From assembly GCA_015493225.1 (NCBI GenBank), contig WGDO01000031.1:1355-65354 (forward strand): a stretch of 64,000 bases of DNA, given 5' to 3'. The first letter of the stretch is position 1. Every line of letters starts with the position of its first letter. Below the pieces are notes generated by a model. That model saw nothing but the letters and a program-made list of their open reading frames with translations. It was not told the DNA's origin and searched no databases. This DNA is from Patescibacteria group bacterium (lineage in GTDB: Bacteria > Patescibacteriota > Minisyncoccia > Moranbacterales > DUUL01). Below, one piece after another: positions 29,535-37,307 of this stretch. Made by a program: the position numbers and the translations under genes.

Positions 29535-29655
29535 AAAACTCTCCTCATCCCCCTTTTCGCGAAAGGGTGGGATGACCCTCTTTACCCCACTTCGCTATCC
29601 CACTTCGCCTTCGGCTACGAGGGATAAAAAGCTTTGCTGGGCAGGCGCCGGGGGT
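29535..29655 (+). repeat. Family B frame containing a family C element (29585-29645) that itself contains a second C (29598-29628)
   Basis: TTTA|CCCCACTTCGCTA|TCCCACTTCGCCTTCGGCTACGAGGGATAAA|AAGCTTTGCTGGGCAGG|CGCCGGGGGT. Confidence 0.85.
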
Positions 29656-29676
29656 GTGAGAAGTAGAAGTGCTTTG

Positions 29677-30159
29677 TCAAACGATGTTTTCTAAAAAATC
29701 CAAGATGGATTCTTTGTGGGGTTGTTCGGGAAGATATTTTGTAAGATTTTTTCTTATTTTATTGGGATTGGCTTTGCCAATGGGAATATGGATGTAGGGG
29801 GTGAGGCGATTAGTGGTTCTTAGGGATATTTCTTTTCGTCCAGCTGGTCCCGGTTCATAAAAAATCCAAAAGTGTTTAATATCAATAAATTCATAAAAAC
29901 GATCGTGGGCGATTATTCCAGTTTGGCAAATGGCAAAATGGTATTCTTCAGGATCTTTTTTTTCAAAAAGATATATTAAAATACCAGTTAGAATTGTTAT
30001 AATACTAAGGAGGAAATTATTGGTAAATAGGCTATAGGCGAGTAAAATTACTAAAAGTATAAAAACAATTATAGACCACCAGGGATGGCGTTCAAAATTT
30101 TCAAATTTATGGGCAGACCAGGTCAGAAGATAGGGATTTTTGTTTTTTGTTTTTCTCAT
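29677..30159 (-). CDS. Hypothetical membrane protein
   Basis: Two TM helices followed by a soluble domain (FWIFYEP). Confidence 0.7.
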   Translation of the reverse strand: MRKTKNKNPYLLTWSAHKFENFERHPWWSIIVFILLVILLAYSLFTNNFLLSIITILTGILIYLFEKKDPEEYHFAICQTGIIAHDRFYEFIDIKHFWIFYEPGPAGRKEISLRTTNRLTPYIHIPIGKANPNKIRKNLTKYLPEQPHKESILDFLENIV

Positions 30160-30208
30160 AGACTATTTTTAGATATATTTTCTTTTATTCTATCATTTTT
30201 TAAGCATA

Positions 30209-30236
30209 TTGACAAATTATGTAAATATGTTATAAT
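30209..30236 (+). promoter_or_regulatory. Consensus sigma70 promoter of the cold-shock gene (long 5' UTR)
   Basis: TTGACA-16-TATAAT with TGn. Confidence 0.75.
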
Positions 30237-30358
30237 GATGTAGTCAGAAATAGAATTATCAAAGAAGAGCATAGTCGAGTTTTATCAAGTATAATTTTGT
30301 TTTTGAAGCGTAGGGTTAGTAATAACCATGCAATAAGTAAATAAAATATTTCCAACAG

Positions 30359-30559
30359 ATGAAAACAGGAAAAATTTCTCGTCTTACAGATAGAGGATTT
30401 GGTTTTATATCTCAAGAAGGTGAAGAGAAAGATTTATTCTTTCATGCCACTGAATTGGTTGATGTAGAATACAATGACCTACAAGAAGGTGATGAGGTAA
30501 CATTTGAAGTTGCTGAAGGTCCTAAGGGATTGAACGCAGTTAAAGTAAGCCGAGCCTAA
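30359..30559 (+). CDS. cspA: Cold-shock protein (CSD)
   Basis: RGFGFI (RNP1), LFFH (RNP2), GPKG.NA. Confidence 0.93.
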   Translation: MKTGKISRLTDRGFGFISQEGEEKDLFFHATELVDVEYNDLQEGDEVTFEVAEGPKGLNAVKVSRA

Positions 30560-30575
30560 TCTTTTTAGACAACGG

Positions 30576-30605
30576 ACAGCCCCAATGATTTGGGGCTGTT
30601 TTTTT
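30576..30605 (+). terminator. Intrinsic terminator of the csp gene
   Basis: ACAGCCCCA-ATGATT-TGGGGCTGT + T-run. Confidence 0.85.
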
Positions 30606-30700
30606 GTGTTCCTGCAAATTTACAAATCTGCTACAAATCTACAAATGTACAAATATTAAATTATAACATTTAAAACTTAGAACTTAAAATTAGGGAACTA

Positions 30701-30799
30701 AATCCACCTCTAAACCCTCCTTTATCCCACTACGCTATCCCACTTCGCTGAAGCTACGAGGGACAAGAGGCTACGAGGAACAGGTATCAGGAGGGGGAA
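30701..30799 (+). repeat. Family D frame with doubly nested family C (outer 30725-30784, inner 30738-30767)
   Basis: TTTA|TCCCACTACGCTA|TCCCACTTCGCTGAAGCTACGAGGGACAAG|AGGCTACGAGGAACAGG|TATCAGGAGGGGG. Confidence 0.85.
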
Positions 30800-30878
30800 T
30801 TAAGGAAATCCACTTCTACCCCCTTCTTTTACAAAGTAGAGAAACCAAGGAAATTAATTTTTAAATCTTGCCATTGAT

Positions 30879-30906
30879 TTGACATATAAGTTAGATTTGT
30901 TAGAAT
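30879..30906 (+). promoter_or_regulatory. Sigma70 promoter
   Basis: TTGACA-16-TAGAAT. Confidence 0.6.
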
Positions 30907-31003
30907 AAACGTAATCAAGAATATTATTAATATTCTGGATGGACATTAATAATTAAATTATAGACTTTCAAAGGTCTAATTTCTAGAAAGAGAGGTGAAA
31001 AGT

Positions 31004-31777
31004 ATGGAAGAAGAAAAAACAGAAATCCAAGAGGATTTAGGTAATGGAGGGAAATTTAAGAATTGGTTACAAGATAATATTCGTATTATCTTATCTATCC
31101 TGATTGTGGCAACTATTGCGGCTGGAATATATTCATATTCTAAAAGAACAGTAGTGCCGGCAACGGGAGATAATAATGCGAAAGTTGAGGTAGCTAAGGT
31201 TGATGACTCTAAGGATAAAAATACTGAAGAAAATAATTCAGTGGTGGTTGTTGGAGAAGATAAGGCAGATAATAAAACAGAAAAAGTTGATAATAAGGAT
31301 ACAGAAAAACTTTCTGTAAACCAAGAGACTGAGTCTCAAGACAAAAAGGCTGAAGAAAAGAAAACTGAAGAAAAGAAAGAGGAAGTCAAGCAACCGGCTG
31401 TTGAGCAAAAGCAAGACAATCAGCCAGAGAAGGCTGAGCAACAAAACGAGAAGCAAGAAAAGGTTGCTTCTGGAGAAGAAACAAATGATGCTTTTGTGGA
31501 AACAGCTCAAAAAGGTGATAGTTTAACTCTCTTGGCACGTCAAGCGGTTAAACAATACCTTGAGAAAAATCCAGTTGATGGATTGACTAAGGAACATAAG
31601 ATTTATATTGAGGATTATCTTCGAAAGCATGTGGGACGTTCAGCGGGAATTAATCCAGGAGAACAAGTTAGTTTTTCAAAGGATTTAATAAAAACTGCTG
31701 TGAGTTCTGCTCAGAATTTGAATGCTAGTCAACTTAAAAATCTACAGAAATATTCTGCCAGAGTTAGCAATCTCTAA
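31004..31777 (+). CDS. Membrane-anchored protein with a charged linker and LysM-like C-terminal domain
   Basis: GAGGTG RBS; one TM; K/E/Q-rich linker; AQKGDSLTLLA (LysM-like start). Confidence 0.65.
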   Translation: MEEEKTEIQEDLGNGGKFKNWLQDNIRIILSILIVATIAAGIYSYSKRTVVPATGDNNAKVEVAKVDDSKDKNTEENNSVVVVGEDKADNKTEKVDNKDTEKLSVNQETESQDKKAEEKKTEEKKEEVKQPAVEQKQDNQPEKAEQQNEKQEKVASGEETNDAFVETAQKGDSLTLLARQAVKQYLEKNPVDGLTKEHKIYIEDYLRKHVGRSAGINPGEQVSFSKDLIKTAVSSAQNLNASQLKNLQKYSARVSNL

Positions 31778-31868
31778 ACCTTGATTAATTGAGAAGTAGA
31801 GAAATAAATAATATCGAAAATAAAATTAATGTCTAGATCTTTTTAATAAGGATTTTATATCCACAATG

Positions 31869-31893
31869 AAACCCCGGCAACGACCGGGGTTTT
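31869..31893 (+). terminator. Intrinsic terminator
   Basis: AAACCCCGG-CAACGA-CCGGGGTTTT. Confidence 0.8.
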
Positions 31894-32155
31894 GTTGTAT
31901 ATGATATATTCTCGTTGGTGTTGTTAGCTTTTCAAAATTTACGGCCCCTACGAAAATACGAATCAATTACAAATCTACGAATTACTCACTGCGTTCGCTA
32001 TATGACGTCTAATAAACTGTGAGCAATGTTTGGAATTTGTATCTTGTATCTTGTTATGGATTATAATTAAGTGATTGACTAGGGTTGGTTTATTGAGTAG
32101 TATATAAATAAGTGTTTAATGCTTGTAAATTAAAAGTAATTAAAAATATAAACTT

Positions 32156-34009
32156 ATGCTAAAAGATAAGGTAGAAAAAATTATTAGGGAAGTTTTGGGG
32201 AAGATGGGGGTGGAGTATGATGGGGAGATAGAATTGTCTGCTCCGCCGAAGGTGGAGATGGGTGATTTTGCGTTTGGGTGTTTTCCTTTGGCGGGAATTT
32301 TGCAGAAATCTCCCAATGAGGTGGCGGAGAAATTAGTGGAGGAGATTAATGGTTTAATCAGTGATAATAGTGAGGTAAGTGATTTGATTGAGAGTGCGGA
32401 AGCGATGGGACCGTATGTTAATTTTAAATTGAAAAGGGGAATGTTGTTTAATGATGTTTATGAAAGTATTATTGATGATGGTAAAAACAAAAGGAAAACA
32501 GAAAAACCCCCTCAGTCCCCCTTTACAAAGGGGGAAGATGGTAAGGATACAGAAAAACCCCCTCAGTCCCCCTTCAAAAAGGGGGAGGATAATAAGAAAA
32601 AAGTAATGGTGGAATATTTGTCCCCTAATACTAATAAACCATTGCACTTGGGGCATTTAAGAAATGGAACCTTGGGAATGGCAGTAGCTAACATTTTAGA
32701 GGCGGGGGAAAATAAGGTTATAAAGGCAAATTTAATTAATGATAGGGGGGTACATATTTGTAAAAGTATGTTGGCCTGGAAATTATTTGGAGAAGGAGAA
32801 ACGCCAGAAACAACTGGATTAAAAGGAGACCATTTTGTTGGTAAATATTATGTTAAGTTTGCCGAGGAGGCAGAAAAAAATCCAGAATTAGAAGAACAGG
32901 CCCAGGGAATGTTACAAAAATGGGAAGAAGGAGATAAAGAGGTGAGGAAATTATGGGAAATGATGAATAAATGGGTGTTTGATGGATTTAACAGTAGTTT
33001 TGAAGCTTTTGGTTTTGATTTTGATGTAATTTATAGAGAATCGGAAACTTATAAGTTAGGAAAAGACATTGTTAAAAATGGATTAGAAAAAGGAATTTTT
33101 AAAAAAGAGAAAAATGGGGCAGTTGTTTTTGTTTTGCCGGATAGTTTCGGCTTAGATGAGGATGGAAATAATAAAAAGATTACGGTTTTAAGGAAAGATG
33201 GAACGAGTGTTTATATTACGCAGGATTTGGGAACAGCCGTGTTAAAGGCGGAGGAATATAATTTAGACCAGTCTATTTATGTGGTTGGTTCTGAGCAAGA
33301 ATATTATTTTAAGTCGTTGTTTGAAATTTTAAAAGCTCTTGGTTATCCTTGGGCGAAAAATAGTTACCATCTTTCCTATGGAATGGTTTATTTGCCGGAT
33401 GGTAAAATGAAATCTAGGGAGGGTAAGGTTGTGGATGCCGATGATTTGGTGATTAAGGTTAAAAAAATGGCTAAGGATGGTATTAGAGAGCGTCAGGGGG
33501 ACAAAAAAATTGATGAGACTGAGTTAGAAGAGAGGGCATTGAAAGTTGCTTTGGGGGCGATTAAATTTTATTTATTAAAAGTCGGTCCGACTCAAATTAT
33601 TCATTTTGATCCAGAAGAATCTTTGTCTTTTGAGGGTTTTACGGGTCCTTATTGTCAATATGCCTATGCTCGAGGCTCAAAATTATTAAGGGATGCTGAG
33701 GTTGAGCAGGAGAAAAAAATGAAAGTTGATTTTTCGGTATTGGGGTCTAAAGAGGAATTGCAATTGATTCAGAAAATTTTGGAGGGTGATGATAAAATAG
33801 AAATGGCTGGGGAGAAATTTAATCCTTCTTTGATAGCAGTGCATATTTTTGAGCTAGCAAAAACTTTTAATCAATTTTATCACGGGGAAACTATTTTAAA
33901 AGCGGAGAATAATGTGAAGTTGGCTCGTTTGGCGTTGGTACAAATCTTTTTACAGACAATTAAAAAAGAGTTGGGGTTGTTGGGGATTGAGGTGTTGGAG
34001 GAGATGTAA
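32156..34009 (+). CDS. argS: Arginine--tRNA ligase
   Basis: EYLSPNTNKPLHLGH, NDRG, YVVGSEQ, KMKSREG, TGPYCQYAYAR, terminal EEM. Confidence 0.97.
   Translation: MLKDKVEKIIREVLGKMGVEYDGEIELSAPPKVEMGDFAFGCFPLAGILQKSPNEVAEKLVEEINGLISDNSEVSDLIESAEAMGPYVNFKLKRGMLFNDVYESIIDDGKNKRKTEKPPQSPFTKGEDGKDTEKPPQSPFKKGEDNKKKVMVEYLSPNTNKPLHLGHLRNGTLGMAVANILEAGENKVIKANLINDRGVHICKSMLAWKLFGEGETPETTGLKGDHFVGKYYVKFAEEAEKNPELEEQAQGMLQKWEEGDKEVRKLWEMMNKWVFDGFNSSFEAFGFDFDVIYRESETYKLGKDIVKNGLEKGIFKKEKNGAVVFVLPDSFGLDEDGNNKKITVLRKDGTSVYITQDLGTAVLKAEEYNLDQSIYVVGSEQEYYFKSLFEILKALGYPWAKNSYHLSYGMVYLPDGKMKSREGKVVDADDLVIKVKKMAKDGIRERQGDKKIDETELEERALKVALGAIKFYLLKVGPTQIIHFDPEESLSFEGFTGPYCQYAYARGSKLLRDAEVEQEKKMKVDFSVLGSKEELQLIQKILEGDDKIEMAGEKFNPSLIAVHIFELAKTFNQFYHGETILKAENNVKLARLALVQIFLQTIKKELGLLGIEVLEEM
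32498..32590 (+). repeat. Two family D copies (51-nt period) in frame in argS
   Basis: ACAGAAAAACCCCCTCAGTCCCCCTT..AAAGGGGGA x2, encoding TEKPPQSPF(T/K)KGED. Intergenic copies at 35825-35859, 43445-43482 (minus), 43638-43675, 54673-54712 and 62152-62185. Confidence 0.9.
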
Positions 34010-34136
34010 AGCCTAGGGCAATTTTAAATTTTAAATATTACTTCTAAATGGAAGATAAGAATTTTGAATTAAAAATGGTTATGTATAAATGTTAAGTATT
34101 GAGTATAAGTATTAACAAAGATAACAAATAAAAAAT

Positions 34137-35019
34137 ATGGGATTTAATTTGCCTGAAATAAAAAAGAATAATTCTGAAATCGCAGAGAAAGATGTGGAGT
34201 TAAAAGAGCTCTATAAGCAGACGACAGTATATATTAATGCTGGAGGCAGGGGAACTAGATTAGAGCCAGTTGTTCAAAAAGGTGACCATGGTGTTACAAA
34301 AGCCCTTTTGCGATTTGATGGGGAAACTTTGATTGAAAAACATATAAAACTGTTATCCAATTTTGATTTTGGGAGAATAATTGTGGGGGGGGGGCGATCA
34401 TTTAAATCTTACACAATATTTACAGCAACAAGATTTAGAGAATGTTATTATTGATAATACAGAAAAACAGGAGGATACGGGAGGTGATTTGATTAAGGCA
34501 ATTCGTAAACATAATTGTGGGAAAAATATTTTAGTGGAAAATGTTGATACAATTTTATTAGTAGACAATTTTGATAGATTATTAAAACAACATAACAAAA
34601 CTAATGCTTTAGGAACTATCGTATTAACCACTAAAAAAGGTGTGCCAAATGAAGGGGCTTTTTATGTTAATGAGAATGGCAAGGTGATTTTTAGTAGCGA
34701 GGCACGAAATCAATCATCTGCAGAAGAGCCAAGTAATTGGACTGGATTTCGTGGTAGTAGTACGGGGGCAATTATTTTTTCTACTGATTTTTTAAAACAG
34801 TATAATTGGAAAGCTGGTGATGGTAAATTATCAATTTATAAAGATTTAGTTCCAGAATTAATAGAGATGGGTGGGTTGTATGCGTATGATAATGAAAATA
34901 ATTTCTTTATGGATGTTGGGACACCTGATAAATATAAACAAATTAAAAGGCACCCAAAAATTTTTGGGGCAGTTGGTGCCAGATATTTAAAAAATAAAAA
35001 TAATTATTATGGCAAATAA
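34137..35019 (+). pseudogene. Sugar-phosphate nucleotidyltransferase split by a frameshift in a G10 tract (34385-34394)
   Basis: 5' part has AGGRGTRL..TKAL; 3' part has DTGGD..FMDVGTP; removing one G fuses them into ~293 aa. Confidence 0.8.
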
Positions 35020-35605
35020 AAAAAATGAAATCAAGCCATGGGAAGAGGTTTCTAGGGAAGTGATGTTTGAGAAATTTGGGAGGGGAATTGAGAAAGTTCT
35101 TTTTCGGCAGAGTGATGGTGAGGAGTATGATGTGTATGTAAAAAAGGAGGCGGTGTCTGTGGCGGTGGTAGCCTTAACAAAAGATAGGCAAGTTATTTTA
35201 ACCAGGCAATTTCGTCCCGGTCCAAAAAAGGTCTTGTATGAATTGCCCGGTGGTGGCTTGATAAAGGGAAAATCTTTACAAGAATCAATGGAACAGGAAT
35301 TATTAGAAGAAACGGGCTATCAAGGTAAGATGAAATTTGTAACCAGTTTAGTTGATTGCGGATATTCTACGAGAGTAAAAAATTGTTTTGTGGCGACGGA
35401 TTGTGAAAAAGTAGAAGATATTGCCGGAGATTTACACGATGATGATGGTGATGCACGAGGATTTAAAGAAGAGATTGAGGTGGAATTAGTTTCTTTAAAA
35501 GAATTTAGAGAATTATTAAGAGGTGGACAGAATAGTGATATCGAGATTGGGTATTTGGGGTTGGATTATTTGGGGTTGTTGGGAGGGGATAGCAGTGATA
35601 AATAA
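35009..35605 (+). CDS. NUDIX hydrolase (ADP-ribose pyrophosphatase-like)
   Basis: RQFR, ELPGG..ELLEETG Nudix box. Confidence 0.88.
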   Translation: MANKKNEIKPWEEVSREVMFEKFGRGIEKVLFRQSDGEEYDVYVKKEAVSVAVVALTKDRQVILTRQFRPGPKKVLYELPGGGLIKGKSLQESMEQELLEETGYQGKMKFVTSLVDCGYSTRVKNCFVATDCEKVEDIAGDLHDDDGDARGFKEEIEVELVSLKEFRELLRGGQNSDIEIGYLGLDYLGLLGGDSSDK

Positions 35606-35896
35606 TAAATAGGCGGATTGCAAAGTTTGTAGGGTTTATAAAGTTTATAAAGAAAGCTGGAAATAAATTTTAATTTGTAATTTGTAAATTTTAATTCAAA
35701 ATAAAATTTTTAATATTTAATTTTAAAATTATCAAATATTTTAGTTGGATGTTTGTTTTAATTATTTAAAATTAGATATTTAGCTTTGAATTAAAATTTA
35801 AAACTTAAAATTTAAAATTTTTAGAAATCCCCCCTTACCCCCCCTTTAAAAAGGGGGAAGAACCGTAAACAACGCCGAAATATCCAATGGTCCAGT

Positions 35897-37033
35897 TTAA
35901 AGGTTTTTATTCAAAGCAGTGAGGAAATCTTTTTCGGCTTTGATGAGATTTTTGTTTTTGAATTTTATTTTGAGAATATTATTGGATGGCTTGATGTTGT
36001 ATTCTTCGGCGATGGCGTTGAGAGCGCGGGAGTTATCAATGCTAAAATATCCGGATGTATTTTCTGAGTCCTGACTATAAAAAATTCCAAAAATTCTACC
36101 TTTGGTGTAGTTTTTTTGTAATTCTTCCAGAACACTTGGAACCATATTTTGGTCAGCACGGGATTTTAGAAAATCTTCAGTGGAAAGGAGTGACCAAATA
36201 AACTTACGAGAATCATCCCAGTTTAAGCGAGCCATAGCTCGACCCCATAGTTTTAGGAAGGAAAGGGGTTTGGTTTTATAAAGATGACGGATAATTTCTG
36301 ATTGATCAGCTTTGGCCTTTATTAGTTTGGAAGCCAGAATCATTGTTTGGGGAGTAGTATTTGGTTTTTGGAAGCTGTTGGTAGCGGAAATAATGCCGGT
36401 TAGGAGGGCTTGGACGTTTTCTTTGTTGATGTCATTTGGGTATTGTTCAAAAAATAATTCACCAATAATTTCGGTGGTGGAGGCGGCGGTGAGGTCTACT
36501 AAATTAACTTGCCCATAGTCATCATTTTCGCTGTCGTTGTTTATGTTTACTTTGGGGATTTCAAAAAAGAGGTCAGTATTTTTTTGATAAATTTCGCCGA
36601 GGGTTTCCAGGGTAGGAGCGCCGATAATAATTACTAAATCATATTTGAAATCAGCGGGAGCCAGAGAGAAGTCTCGAGGGTCAATGGTTCCTTTTTCTGG
36701 AGTAAGGCGAATAATGGTTTCATCTTCTTTTTTATCGGTGGCGATATTTATTATTTTGTTGTATTTAGTATTGAAAATTAAAAGAAAATCTCTGGTACCG
36801 TCTAGGTCTGAGATAAAATCTTCTTTTTTTGGTTGAGTTAGAAAAGAGAGGGAACCATTATTATTTTGAAAGGAGTTATTCAAAAGTGTAACTTCTTTTT
36901 TTTGATTTTTGAGAAAATTGTAAAAAACTATACTGCTGGCAATTAGGTCGTGATTTGGTGCTGGGGGAGTGACTAAAAGAATGTTGTTGGAATTTTCTAG
37001 TAATTTGTGAAATTTTTTGAAATTTGTATTCAT
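35897..37033 (-). CDS. DHH-family (NrnA-like) protein with degenerate catalytic motifs
   Basis: Fold motifs LLTGII.AT.SF, A..LI..A, LKLWGRA are present; the DHH position reads NINND. Confidence 0.7.
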   Translation of the reverse strand: MNTNFKKFHKLLENSNNILLVTPPAPNHDLIASSIVFYNFLKNQKKEVTLLNNSFQNNNGSLSFLTQPKKEDFISDLDGTRDFLLIFNTKYNKIINIATDKKEDETIIRLTPEKGTIDPRDFSLAPADFKYDLVIIIGAPTLETLGEIYQKNTDLFFEIPKVNINNDSENDDYGQVNLVDLTAASTTEIIGELFFEQYPNDINKENVQALLTGIISATNSFQKPNTTPQTMILASKLIKAKADQSEIIRHLYKTKPLSFLKLWGRAMARLNWDDSRKFIWSLLSTEDFLKSRADQNMVPSVLEELQKNYTKGRIFGIFYSQDSENTSGYFSIDNSRALNAIAEEYNIKPSNNILKIKFKNKNLIKAEKDFLTALNKNL

Positions 37034-37307
37034 TTTATTTTTTGATGATTTAATAATGATTTTATTTTTTGCTATTTTTTGAGACAATTTTTTAGTTAGT
37101 TTTTTATTATAACAGAGATACAAAAAAATGCAAAATTTTGATTGTTTTTATTTTGGTTTTTTGGGAAAGTGTAGTATAATTGTTAGTAGATGGGAACTAG
37201 TTTTAAATTTTAAATTTTAAATTTTAATTCAATTTTGAATTTTTAATTTTAAATTTTGAATTTCATGGGAGCTATAAGGCTATAGTTATTAACAATAATA
37301 TAAAATA

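Noticed and set aside
29418-29627. Short ORFs 29418-29627, 55096-55368, 11946-12170 and 25360-25551
   Set aside because: They are translations of intergenic repeat families or overlap real genes.
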